A stretch of 64,000 nucleotides of DNA from the human T2T-CHM13v2.0 reference genome, Homo sapiens. Under the pieces are notes generated by a model. It was given only the letters and a program-made list of their open reading frames with translations, had not been told where the DNA came from and did no database searches. Positions 15,570 to 29,967 of this stretch are shown one piece after another (the first letter of the stretch is position 1; each line of letters begins with the position of its first letter). The DNA is taken from assembly GCF_009914755.1 (NCBI RefSeq), contig NC_060931.1, one strand, 5' to 3'. The position numbers were made by a program, and so were the translations under genes.

Positions 15570-15930
15570 TGATGATGGATGGACGGATGGGTGGATGGAT
15601 GGATGAATAGATGAATGGATGGATGGTTGGATGGATGGATAGATGGACAGATGAGTGGAGAGATAGATGGATAAAAGAGTATGGATGAATGAAAGGATGG
15701 ATGAATGGATGGAAGGTGGATGGATGGATGGATGGATGGATGGGTGGATGGATGGATGAATAGATGAATGAATGGATGGATGGTTGAATGGATGGGTAGA
15801 TGGACAGATGAATGGAGAGATTAGATGGATAAAGGAGTACGGATGAGTGAAAGAGGATGGATGAATGAATGGATGGATGAAGGGGGATGGATGAATGGAT
15901 GCATGGTGGATGGATGCATGGTGGATGTAT
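15570..15930 (+). repeat. Degenerate (GGAT)n microsatellite
   Basis: Direct reading of the sequence. Confidence 0.95.
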
Positions 15931-16588
15931 GATTGAATTCAAGCTCTTGTTAGTAACACAACGGAATGAGTATTTCATTGGACTTTTTTTCATGGAGAAC
16001 AAAGATATGACACCATTCACAAGTGATATGTGAATGCTTTAGTTTCATTGAATTCTAGACAGTTCAAGGCCTTTGATGACTCATCTTACCCAACTTATGG
16101 CTTGATGCAGGAAATCACATGACCAGTAGCCTGAACATGCAGCTCTAGTTTAAAAACTGTGGCAAAGTGAGAGCTCATTCCATGGGAGGCAGACAGTCCT
16201 GTGACTGTACCACTGTAATGATTAGCAAGTTCTTCTTAGGTCCATTCTATGCCTTCAACTTACCTGGACCTCCTGGTGACACCAAGAAGGAGTCTAATTT
16301 CACCACCACCAGGTTTTTTGTTCACTTGTTCAGCAAATATTTAGTGAGCATACAATGATTAAAGAGTAAACATGGTTCCTGCTGTCTTGGAGATGACTTT
16401 GCTATGGAAGAGACAGAAGAGAAAATGATTTGCTGAAGATATAAGGACACACTATGGAAAGTGCTACAGAGGAAATGCACAGGGGAAGCTGTTTTGACCA
16501 GGGCACCCCTGAATCTGCCCTGAGATGCAGGAGAGAGGAGGGGTGCTGGTTTTCAGTGCTGCAGAGTCTACTAATAGTGTAGATAGAA

Positions 16589-16911
<323 letters not shown>

Positions 16912-17401
16912 TCAGGACCACACATTAATTCAATGATTGTTCAACTCTCAACTAGGTGAGGTAAGAAAGACAGTGTCAGCCAGGCATCTGCTTGCAGATG
17001 CTTAGGTATTCTGAAAAAAAGCACCCCAAAATTGAACAGCCAGATGGATCATCCAAATTGGAACAGACTTTGGAGATCACCCGGGTCATACTGCTCCCTC
17101 AGCATGTGCTCCTTGTGCACACACCCACACACACAAACTGACGACACTTAACAAGAGAAAGGGGTAAACTTCAGATGTCCTGACCCCAGCTCTCTCTCTC
17201 TGACCATTGGTACATTGTCTTTGCTTATGCTAACTCCTATATGCTGTGGTCCTCAGGATTTTCTTAATGAGTTTAGAAATGTCATTTTACTAACTCATTC
17301 AATCATTTATTCGTTCATTCATTCATTTGGCAAAACTGAAGCTGAGATGTTCCAAAAAGCACTATCTACCCCTCCCTTCCCTTCCAAATCCCCTACCACA
17401 G

Positions 17402-17738
17402 TTTTTTTTGGGGGGTTTTTATGTTTGTTTGTTTGTTTTTGTTTTTTTTTGAGGCAGTCTTGCTCTGTTGCCCAGGTGCTGCAGTGCAGTGCTGTGATCT
17501 CAGATCTCGGCTTACTGCAACCTCCACCTCCTGAGTTCAAGCAATTCTCGTGCCTCAGCCTCCCAAGTAGCTGGGATTATAGGTGTGTACCACCACACCT
17601 GGCTAATTTTAGTATTGTTAGTAGAGACGTGGTTTCACCATGTTGGCCAGGCTGGTCTCAAACTCATGAACTCAGGTGATCCTTCTGCCTTGGTCTCTCA
17701 AAATGCTGGGGTTACACACGTGAACCACCATGCCCGGC
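17402..17738 (-). mobile_element. Alu
   Basis: Reverse dimer. Confidence 0.95.
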
Positions 17739-17954
17739 CCCCTATGTCCTCTACTATAGTCTTAACCCCACAATGTGCCTAAACAACTAATCCCAAGAAG
17801 GAGGCTATATTAGAATCAATATACTGGTATATTGATTCTATACATATATACCTATATATATACCAATATATATTGGTTTATGTCAATATATTGGTATATT
17901 CCTAAGATACCAATATCATTTGTTTTAATTATCAGTTTAACCCACTGAGGGTTG

Positions 17955-18050
17955 ATCATGCCCATTTTACAGATAGAAAACTGAGGCACAGTGAAGGAGA
18001 AAAATTTGTACACAGTGGGTTCAGGAGAAAACCCAAATAGCCTGGCCTTA
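17955..18050. mobile_element. MIR
   Basis: CCCATTTTACAGATAGAAAACTGAGGCACAG. Confidence 0.7.
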
Positions 18051-18621
18051 CAGCCTTATGACATTGGCATTAATGCTGTGTTAAATAATGTTAAATAGAT
18101 GGGTGTCTGTCTGAGTGAATGTAGAGCTGAATAACCGTTCAGGTCAGGTCAGTTCTTATAAGGAAGGAACATGGACAGTAACAATCCTTGAGTCAGTGGT
18201 GTATACTCCTGGACACAAATGAATTCCTCATGGAAAGGGTTAGACATTTCTGCCCTCTGGACCTTAAGGGTTCCTGACAAGTCTTTTACATATGTTTCCC
18301 TAATGGATGGCTCGGAAAAATCACTGAAATATATTATGTGTGGGAGGGAGGAAGAAAGAAAATAAGTAAGCGGGATGGGGGTGTCAGAGACATTCGAACC
18401 AGAGTGACTCCATTTGGAATAGGGGCTGGGTAGAATTAGGCTGAGACCTGCTAGGCTGCTTCCCCAGGAGGCTAGGCATTCTTAGTCATAGGATGTTTAT
18501 GGTTAAGGGAACAGGTTAACAATGTTTGCCAAACAGATCTAGGAGTTAACAGACCCAGGAAATGGCCTGCTGTCTTGATATCTTAAGAACAAAAGCATGA
18601 TTTGTTTAAGAATAAGTTTTG

Positions 18622-18959
<338 letters not shown>

Positions 18960-19060
18960 TTACAGAAAGATGAAAAATCCTTTGTCCCAGCACCTTGTAG
19001 TAGAGTACACCACCCCCGTGAGTTTTTGCCTTTTTTATCATATACAAACAAGCGTTGTAA

Positions 19061-19471
<411 letters not shown>

Positions 19472-19623
19472 TATTCCTTTACTTTCTTAATAAACTTGCT
19501 TTCCCTTTACTCTGTGGATTCACCCTAAATTCTTTCTTGCGTGAGATCCAAGAACCCTCTCTTGGAATCTGGATAGGGTCCCCTTCTGATAACAGGGGGA
19601 GAAGATGGAAGAGGTGGCAGTGA

Positions 19624-20041
<418 letters not shown>

Positions 20042-21093
20042 ATGAAAGTAGAATTAATGTGTCTTTGCAAAGGCTTGGAGCATCATCAAGGCTCATTGTT
20101 GAACAAGGTAAGGAAACTATAGCCTGTCTTGTATCTAAGCCCTGGTCTTTACTGGCACTGCCTCCTCTAGAGTGGGTAAAGGGTCTGCTTGGTGAGACCC
20201 TCACAGATTCCCCATTTCTCAAGAATAGGAGCCTGTAGACAGTGCAATACTACATCCTAGACAGAAGAAAATCTCCTTGGCTTTCTTAACATCCTCCCTC
20301 TATGCCCAACTCTGCTGACACTATTCAACAACCCACATTGACTTTGGGAGGAGAAAGAAAAAATGTAATTGTTAAAGTGTAAATCCCCTTAAATGCTAAG
20401 ATCAAAAGGAAAGTTTCCATCCAATGACACGTAATTAAACATGCAGATGTGCCCCACTCTGATTCATGAATGCTTATGCACTTCTAAATTGTTGCCAGGG
20501 AGATCAGGGCCTGAGAAAATTAAAACCATCACATCTTAAAAGAATACATGATTTTCACAGCTTTCTAACGTGATTTCCTGTCGTGCAGAACTTTGTGTTT
20601 TCCCATATTCCACTCTTTGCCTCTGTACTGCTGTTCAGGACTGAACGGAAGCAGCTTTGCAAACATCTTTCAGTCAAGAATTTCCACAGGCCCAGGCTGA
20701 TGTGAGCATAGAAACAGACATCAAGGCCCAACATTGTCCTACTGCTTCATGTTCAACCAGAGGATAAATGCCCCCATTACAAAGTACACTGAGGGTAGTC
20801 TCAGGGGCGAGGGGTGGGGAGAATGTAGCATTGTAAGTAAAATTACAATGTAACTCAAAGTTATGAGGTGTCTCAGTTTACATCAGGGTGACCTGCACAA
20901 TTTATTTAGTTTCTCTACGTCTTAATGTCTTCTGTTGGGTTCCCCTAGAAGTAGACAAGGAGACAAGTATTTTTGGACAGAAAAATACAGGAAACAGCAG
21001 TAGAAGACTGGGCAGAGAAGGGGAAGTATACTAATAAAGCCAATTACCACTGTGGATCCTACCAGGGATTGCTGGGAAATGGTAGAGAAGTTC

Positions 21094-21486
21094 TGATATA
21101 GTTTGGCTCTGTGTCCCCACCCAAATCTCATGTCTAACTATAATTTCCAGTGTTGGAGGAAGGACCTGGTGGGAGGTGTTGGAATCATTGAGCAGACTTT
21201 TCTTTTTGCTGTTCTCACGATAGAGTTCTCACAAGATCTGGTTGTTTAAAAGTGTGTAACACTTCCCCTTTCACTCTCTTTCTCTCCTGCTGGCCATGTG
21301 AAGATGTGCCTGCTTCCCCTTCACCTTGCACCATGATTGTAAGTTTTCTGAGGCCTCCCCAGAAGCAGAAGCCTGTATAGCCTTAATGTTATTGGTTGGG
21401 AACCATGAGCCAATTAAACCTCTTTTCTTCATAAATTGCCCAGTCTCAGTTATGTTTTTATAGCAGTGTGAGAATGGACTAATGCA
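21094..21486 (+). mobile_element. MST (MaLR) solo LTR
   Basis: TGATATAGTTTGGCTCTGTGTCCCCACCCAAATCTC...GGACTAATGCA; 5-bp TSD AGTTC. Confidence 0.9.
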
Positions 21487-21744
21487 AGTTCACTTCAAAA
21501 AGCTTTCTCTCCAAAGAGGCAAGGGAGTTGGAAATTTATCTAACTCGCATTGGACATTGCCTGAGGTTATTCACAGGTAACGGTAATACTTCTCTTTGCC
21601 TTGAAAGCAAGTAGAGAGGACCTTCCTGGCATCAGTAAAAGGCCCCCAGAAAAAGAGACACAAGTACTAGCAATTGCAAATTATCCAGAGCCCTTCTAAG
21701 TTGTAAGATCTGAAGGAAATGCCTGCCATCTATAGTCTCAGCCA

Positions 21745-21870
21745 CACTTAGTTTCTTAATCTGCAAAATGGAATTAGTACTTACTTTATGAGGCTGTTGC
21801 AGAAATTCATTGAGTTGCTACATGCAAAACACTGAGAACTCAGCTGGGCATATAATAAGCATTCTATTGC
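21745..21870. mobile_element. MIR
   Basis: AGTTTCTTAATCTGCAAAATGG core. Confidence 0.65.
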
Positions 21871-22335
21871 ATGGCATTATTGCCATCGTTTTTACTTCTG
21901 TTACTGCTGCTACTGCTTGTATTACTTGTGCTTTTTTGATATGAAAGTCCACCATCAGGGAGCACTGTAGTGGAAAAGGTATTAGGCCGGGCATAGCCTT
22001 TAGTTCTCTGGCCTTGAGTCCTTCATTTGTGATATTCAGTTAACAATCCTGTGCCAGTAGGGGTATTAAAGATTAAATAAATGTGAGAATGTGCCTGATG
22101 CTAAATCTTCCTCAAAGCATTATGGACTCTCAGAGCCAGAAGGAGCTCATCTCTCCTGTGCCCCTGATATGCTGGGATCTGCAATATTACTGGCAACAGG
22201 TGGGCCTCCAGAATCTGCTCCAGGGCTTTTGGAAGTCCTGACACCCTCTCGATCTTCTTCTCTGTAACATGCACACTTTGGCCTGTGTCAGTTTGCTGGA
22301 CCCACATCAGGCCAGCCCTCTTCCTAGGGCAAAAT

Positions 22336-22337
22336 TT

Positions 22338-22401
<64 letters not shown>

Positions 22402-22510
22402 TCCTTCTTTCTTTCTTTTTCTTTCTTTCTTTCTTTCTCTCTCCCTCTCTTTCTTTCTTTCTTTCTTTCTTTCTTTCCCTCCCTTCCTCCCTCCCTCCTT
22501 TCTTTCTTTC

Positions 22511-22546
<36 letters not shown>

Positions 22547-22567
22547 TTCTTTCTTTCTTTCCTTTTT
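22336..22567 (+). repeat. (CTTT)n / CT-rich microsatellite (expanded Alu tail)
   Basis: Direct reading; adjoins a reverse AluJ. Confidence 0.95.
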
Positions 22568-22850
22568 TAGACAAGATCTCACTCTAGTGCCCAGGTTGGA
22601 GTGCAGTGCAGTGAACATGGCTCACTGCTGCCTTGACCTCCTGAGCTCAAGCAATCCTCCCACCTCAGCCTCCCAGTAGCTGGGACTACAGGTGCATGCC
22701 ACCATGCCCAGCTAATTTTTGTATTCTTTGTAGAGACAGGATTTCACCACATTGCCTAGTCCAGTCTCAAACTCCTGGCCTAAAGTGATCCTTACACCTT
22801 GGCCTCCCAAAATGCTCAGATTACAGGTATGAGCTACCACATCTCTGCCC
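22560..22850 (-). mobile_element. AluJ
   Basis: Diverged reverse dimer. Confidence 0.9.
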
Positions 22851-23224
22851 AGGAACAGAATATTGACTGTCATTTTAAAAGAATTCAAGAAGTTTGCTTG
22901 AATTCATGATCTAGCAGCTCACCAGCTGGGAATAATATAATGCCAATTTTTAGAGTAATGGCAAAATAAATCAGGATATAGCCGTAGAACAGAATACTAT
23001 GTAGAAAGTGAGAAAGAATGAAGTATTCCTTTATTTCTTCTTAAGGAAATAACTCTAAGCATAACATTGAGAAAGAATGATGTATTGCTTTATTTCCTAT
23101 TAAAGAAATAACTCTGAGCATAATGTTGAGTGATAAAAGCAGGTTGTATGCTATAATAACATTTAAAGCATGCAAAATATAGCATATTTTAATTATATAG
23201 GAATGTTTATATGCATTCCATATT

Positions 23225-23600
23225 GCAACAGTTAATTTTAAATATCACATGGTTAGGCCATGGCTGAATACTATCTTAGATGTTTCTGTAAAGATATTAT
23301 TTAGATGAGATTAACGTTTAGATCAGTGTGCTTTAAGTAAAACAGCTTACTCTCCATAGTGGGGTGGGCCTCACTTAATCAGTTGAAGACCTTAAAAGAA
23401 ATAAGGCTGACCTCCCCCAGGGAAGAAGGAATTATTCCTCCAGGCTTTCTTTGGACCCAAGTTGCAACATCACTTCTTCCCTGGGTCTCCACACTGATGG
23501 TTGGAGCTACCCTGTCTGCATATTTTGGACTTACTAGCTTCCACGATTGTGTGACCCAATTCCTTACAATAAATCTCTTTCTCTTCTCTCTCTTTCTCTC
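23225..23600 (+). mobile_element. MLT2 (ERVL) LTR
   Basis: TTAGATGAGATTAACGTTT...GGGTGGGCCTCACTTAATCAGTTGAAG...CCAATTCCTTACAATAAATCTC. Confidence 0.8.
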
Positions 23601-23604
23601 TGTC

Positions 23605-24180
23605 CCTCTGTGTGTGTGTGTGTTTGTATATATATATATTTTATATATATAATTATATATAATATATAATTATATATTATATATTATATATACATATATG
23701 GGTATATATGTATATATGTGTATGTGTGTATATATCAATACATACACACACATAAGTATGTATCGATATATACATGTATGTATATATAAATAAATCTATG
23801 TATACATATATATTCCTTACCAATTCCTTACGATAAATCTCTCTGTTCTCTTTCTCTCTCTCTATATGTATATATACATATACATATATAGATATATACA
23901 TGTATGTATACATAAATCTATGTATGTATACATAGATATGTATGTGCACATATCTATGTATACATACATAGATTTATGTACACAGATATGCATGTGTTTG
24001 TACACATATATTTGTACGTATATGTATATTTGTATATACATATGTATATGTGTGTATATATGCGTGTGTACGTCATGTATATATACATATATATGTATAT
24101 ATATGCACATACATATACACACACACACATATATACACACACACACAAATTCTCACCCATGCACCTGCACATACACACTT
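23605..24180. repeat. Complex (TG)/(TA)/(TATG)/(CA) microsatellite
   Basis: Direct reading. Confidence 0.95.
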
Positions 24181-24734
24181 CTGGAACCAGATAGGGAAGG
24201 AGGGACAGTAGGAACTAGGGACATTTTAGACTTATCTGTATTGTTTTCACTTTTTAACAAAGAAAACTTATGCAAGCATTAATTTTGCAATTAAAAGGCG
24301 TTCAAACATTTTGCTGCAGGCATTGAGTAATATCACCTGTGAACTGTCACTAATGTCATGCTACCACTGTCAATGTTACAAAATAACACTATTTCTGTTT
24401 TCTGCTTTCCTAGTTTCCTGTTGCGCCGTTTTTGATCTCTGCATGGTTCCACTGTCATCTAGCTTTTTGAAAAAAATCATTTTGTTTGCTCTTCTTCCAG
24501 GTCCTGGCTTCCTGTCCTGGCCATCCAATCTAATCCACCACAAACAGGCCTCGTTCCCCTTTGTCACTGCAGGCCAACTCTGAACCGTTTATTTTCTTTC
24601 ACTGACATAGAAAGATGAGATGCGTCAGCATCCTTGCAAACATGAAAGCCTAGCCGGTGAAGTGCTGAGTGCTGGAAACTTTGACTGGGCATGAACAGGT
24701 AGAGAAACTGGAGATTCTGTATCAGATGAAGTGA

Positions 24735-24985
24735 CTCAAAGGGACAGAATGGCCATCGTTGGACAGTTTAAGTGCTTTCATAAGGAAGAGGAATCAGGAC
24801 TCACTTCATGTGGTGCATGGTGCAGAATCAACGGGATGAATGTTTCCAGGAAGCAGATTTCAGCCCATGATAAAGAAGAACTTTCTGGTACATGGAAGGA
24901 CTCCACAGTGGAAGGGGCTGACACTACAGAGTGAGCTTCCTATTACAGGAGATATTCAAACCAGATAGACGTATCATTCTCAGGT
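24735..24985 (+). mobile_element. CR1/L3 LINE 3' fragment
   Basis: GCAGATTTCAGCCCATGATAAAGAAGAACTTTCT...GTGAGCTTCCTATTACAGGAGATATTCAA resembles the L3 3' end. Confidence 0.6.
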
Positions 24986-25193
24986 TCCTAGACTTAGTGT
25001 AAAGTAAAATTAGATAGCCTATAAGTTCTAATACTATGATTCTCAAAAAACACCAGTTCTGTAGTTTAGATCACACCAAGATTTCAGTTAGACCATGGAA
25101 AAGAAGGAAATTCGATCTGGTGTTTTCAAATCAATTATTGGGCAAAGAATCAAGATATCCAGTTTCTGCAGTAGAACTTCGGGGCTTGAGGCT

Positions 25194-25578
25194 TGATATG
25201 GTTTGGCTATGTGTCTCCACCCAAATCTCATCTCCACCCAAATCTCATCTCAAATTGTAATCCCCACGTGTTAAGGGAGAGACCTGGCGGTAGGTGATTG
25301 GCTCATGGGGACAGTTTCCCCCATGCCGTTCTTGTTATAGTGAGTAAGTTCTTAAGAAATCTGATGGTTTTATAAGGGGCTTTTCCCACTTTGCTCTCGT
25401 TCTCTTTCATGCCACCTTGAGAAGAAGGTACTTGCTTCTCCTTTGCTTTCCGCCATGTTTGTAAGTTTCCTGAGGCCTCCACAGCCAATCAGAACTGTGA
25501 GTCAATTAAGCTCCTTTCTTTGGTAAATTACCCAGTCTTGGGTATTTCTTTGTAGCAGTGTTAGAATGGACTAATACA
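25194..25578 (+). mobile_element. MST (MaLR) solo LTR
   Basis: TGATATGGTTTGGCT...GGACTAATACA; 5-bp TSD AGGCT; internal 17-bp duplication CTCCACCCAAATCTCAT. Confidence 0.9.
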
Positions 25579-27767
25579 AGGCTCCACGAAGGTTCTACAC
25601 CACACCAAATCGGATTAGTCACTGGGGCATTATGCAAAAAAATTTCTCTTGATGAAAATTGTGTGGATCCAGAGTCATCCGCAATAAAAGGGATGATCTG
25701 ATAGAATTAGCAAATGTTCCAAACACTTCACCGGTTTCCTAAGAAGTCCTCTTGAGTTCTTGGAGCATGTGACTCATTGGAGCATCTGTGGAATCCATTC
25801 CTTTGCTTTGACATACATTCGTGTTGAATTTAGAGAGCTCTGGCTTTGCTAGTACTGGTCTAGACTGAAGACAAAAGGAGAATTGATGGCTGTAGTTGGT
25901 TGAAGTCAAGACAGAAGGCTGGAGTAGCAAGGGCACTCCCCGAGCTGGGAGTGCAGGGACCTTGACAGTCTCATTATCTCATCCCTTATATGGAGCCTGC
26001 TATGGAGTAAGTGTGATTCATGCTTCCATTTGAATGATAAATGAAGCCTGAGGAATGTGTGATAGCCAGGGGTTGGCAACCCCTTTTCTTAGCCCATAGT
26101 TTCTTGCAGCTAATTATGGTGGTTCCCCAAATGCAAAACTCATTCTGGCTCTTTCCCCAGCCAGAGTAAAGTGGGAACATCCTCATATTCCACACGAATA
26201 AGAAGCAATTCCTCTTGCCCTTCAAGTAAAGGCCCAAAACTACAGCCAGCTGTCTCATGTGATACCACGGACTCTGCCATTGTGTCAGCCCACCTGGGCA
26301 CTGCTATTCTGTATCTGTTACAAGGAACAAGTTAAATGGTGGGAAGTTGCCCAGACTGAAAGAGCCCCAGGGGAGAAAGGAGCAGTCAGCATCAAAGCAT
26401 TCCCTGCTCACTCAGTGACTTTCAAATGTACTTCAAGCAGGCAGTCACGCCACTCTAGCTAAGCAGGGGGAAGATGCAGGGAGGATGCGCTGGCTCTTGC
26501 AATTAAGCATACTGAAACCCTGCGGCTCAGGCTGGTGTTGTGGGAGGAAGGCAGGACTAAGTGACTCATTTATGACTTGGCACTTATGTGTTCAGCCAAG
26601 CAGCTGGTGCATGGAGATCAACAGGTTCAGCAAGCTCAGGTGTGGTTCTGGCAGGTGTCTGTGACCAGGAGACAGACAATACTCAGAATCATGATTGTCG
26701 CAGGTGGGCTGAAAGCAGACTCCAGTTCCCTGAGAAAGAGTCAAAGTGTGTATAGTAGACCTCATCATTAAGCAGGCTGCAATCCATGCAGAGCATATAT
26801 TCCTGGAAGGCACCTGTAGGGTTGGGCAGGAAAGCTGAGCTGGAAGCCCAGGTATACTGAACTGATGAAATCTACTGAGCACTGGGATGATAGGGGGTTC
26901 ATGCCAGTATATCTGACACGTAGTGCCAGTAACTCCACGAATGCCCCTTGTCCCTCGCTCAGGTAGGGGACATCCACATACCTTGCTTAGGATCATTTCA
27001 GGGCCCAATCAAGACTGAGACTATAAAGAAGGCACCAAGGACTCCATGCAAGAGGGGCTCAGGGCTATAAGATTGTTCAGAAGTCTAGGAAAATTGCATC
27101 ATCCTCTAGCAGGACACATCTCTGCCCCAAACGGGCAGCAATGGCAAAATCGCCAATGCAGCATGGTGTCATAGAGAGTTGATTGTGGCTGCTTTCCATC
27201 CTGCGCCAGTGGGATGGACCATTAAATGAACACGTTGCCAAATAATGATTTTGTTGTAGCATGTTATTGATAACGAGAAAAGACTAGCTCACAGACTCTA
27301 GCTCACGGACTCTCCGTGTCGATCCAGCAGACAGCCCAACTCCCCACTTCCCACAGGTAATTATCTGTTCCTAATTGGGTCTGAAAGCAGTGAGTTTGTA
27401 TTTAAAGGTAGGAGTACAGAACACTTTGTATTTTTTTCAGAGACTGCATGGAGTTGAGTGCTCTGTGTAACTGTGGCTTAAAGAGCCAGATGGGTTCTCC
27501 ATGCAACCCAGGTCCTGCTCATAAAACTCTGTGTCCTTGGGCAGAATGTGTCACTTCTCAGAGCCTATGTTTCTTTATTTATAGATAGAAAAGGAGGGCT
27601 ATGATATTTAAATAATGAACACAAAAGCAACTGTCCCAGTGTCTAACACATGTGAGGTGTTCAGGGATTGCTAACTGGACCTGAATCTTTCTTGTTCAAT
27701 GAACAGAAATGTTTTTTCAACTCTACCTCTTGTTGCTGTGGTGTGTGTTGTAAATACTGTCATCATT

Positions 27768-28056
27768 GGCCAGGCATGGCAGCTCATGCTTGTAATCCCA
27801 GCACTTTGGGTGACCAAGGCTGGAGGATCACTTGAGACCAGGAATTCAAGACAAGCCTAGGCAACACAGCAAGAACTTGTCTCTAGAAAAAAATTAAAAA
27901 TTAGCCAGATGTGGAAGCATGTGCCTGTATTACCAGCTACTTGGGAGGCCAAGGCAGGAGGATTGCTTGAGCCCCGGATTTTGAAGTTACAGGGAGCTAT
28001 GATCATGCCACTGCACATCAGCCTGGGTGACAGAGTAAGACTCTGTCTCTGTAAAA
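27768..28056 (+). mobile_element. AluJ
   Basis: Dimer. Confidence 0.9.
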
Positions 28057-28058
28057 TA

Positions 28059-28060
<2 letters not shown>

Positions 28061-28090
<30 letters not shown>
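28061..28090 (+). repeat. (GT)15
   Basis: Direct reading. Confidence 0.95.
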
Positions 28091-28092
<2 letters not shown>

Positions 28093-28115
28093 TATTTTGT
28101 ATATTATCTCATTGA

Positions 28116-28496
<381 letters not shown>

Positions 28497-29259
28497 TAAG
28501 ATGATAATGTCAGAGTTTGTCGCAGCAGGGTCCAAAAGAAATATTGAGCTTCAAGGAAGAGGAAGTAAGAGAAAAGCCTGCATGGATGCCAAGAAGATTC
28601 AAGGAAGCCACAGCCTTGAAGAAGCTGGACAATAGGTACAGTTCTCAGCCATCCCTTGATGAGATGAAGGGGAACAGAAGCAAATTCCAGTTCCCAGGAC
28701 AAGAGATACATCCTTTCACTACCATGGATGAAATGTAGGATGACTGGGGAATAACACAGGGTTTCCCTTCCCAAGGGACTATTGCTCTGGGGGAATCCTG
28801 AAAACTCAAAGGCCCAACTAGAACTGGGGGCAGGTATGGCGAAGCCACTGCCTAGCCTTAGCTTGAGAAGTCTGAATTAGCTGATGAGCCCCGGAGAAGG
28901 CAGCAGATTCCACCTGCATTTTGCTGCATGCTCTTTGAAACAGCAGCATTGAGACCAAGATGGGGCAAAGGCTCCTGCTGAGCCTGCCCTGTTCAAGCCC
29001 TTTCCATTCACCAGAAACATTCTTGGAGGTTTGCTCATGGAAGGCACAGAGGCCACTCTGGGTGCCTGCCCTTGACCTGGGGAGTTCTGCTAGGCTACCT
29101 GCCATCTTCCTGTCTAGCTTCCCTGGTCTCCTGTCCCACTTTGGTGCTAGATCTTAACTCCCACTCTCTAGTGAGTTCTTACATAATGCTGTGGATAGAT
29201 TTAGAACAAGCATGGCTTTTGTCCCAGTCTCAGAATGCAGTTATGTTTTTTACCTACCT

Positions 29260-29365
29260 TACTTTCTTGCTGAAATGTAAGTACCTCCAGGGTGAGGTCT
29301 TGTCTTTCTCACCTTTGAATCCCCCAGACCTGCTGCTACACCTGAACCATGGTGGGTGCTTCTTG
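29260..29365 (+). mobile_element. L2 3' end
   Basis: AATGTAAGTACCTCCAGGG...TTGAATGA terminus. Confidence 0.55.
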
Positions 29366-29953
29366 AATGAGTGAATGAATGAATGAGTGAATGAGTGAAT
29401 GAGTAAATGAATGAGTTAATGAATTAGTGAGTTAATGAATGAATGATGGTGACTAACTGAATGAACTAGTGGATGAATGGGTTAATGAATGAATGATGCT
29501 GAGTGAATGAATGAATAAATGAGAGAGTGAATGAATAAATGAGAGAGTAAATGAATAAGTGTGAGTAAATGAGTGAGAGAATAAATAAATGATTGAACAA
29601 ATTAGTGGGTGGATGAATGAATGAGTGAGTTAATGACTGATGAGTAAATGAACGAGTGAATAAATGAATGAGTGGATGAGTGAGTGTGTGGATGACTGAA
29701 TGAATGAATAAGTGAGTGAATGAATAAGTGAGTGAATGAATAAATGAGTGAATGAATGAGTGGGTGGATGACTAAATGAGTGAATGAATGAGTGAGTGAA
29801 TGAGTGAAGTGAGCAAATGAATTAGGGAGTGAATAAAGTGAGTGAATGAATGAGAGTGAATGAATGAATGAGAGTGAAAGAATGAAGGTGAATGAATGAG
29901 TGAATAAATGAGTGAGTGAATGGAGTAAGTGAATAAGTGAATGATGAATGAAT
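29364..29953 (+). repeat. Degenerate (GAAT)n/(GAGT)n tract
   Basis: Direct reading. Confidence 0.95.
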
Positions 29954-29967
29954 CTGGCATCCCCCAA

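Noticed and set aside
15559-16020. His/Pro/Ser/Ile-rich ORF (also 29602-29972 and 23677-24282)
   Set aside because: Translations of (GGAT)n, (GAAT)n and (TA)-rich repeats
18382-18620. Interferon-inducible STAT1 enhancer as described for MER41B
   Set aside because: I see no TTCCGGGAA-type GAS site; this copy resembles a different MER41 subfamily
22101-22679. KERK/FLSF-repeat ORFs (also 48665-49223)
   Set aside because: Translations of (CTTT)n microsatellites
28517-28738. 73-aa hydrophilic, protein-looking ORF
   Set aside because: TTG start, no recognisable family, no supporting exon structure
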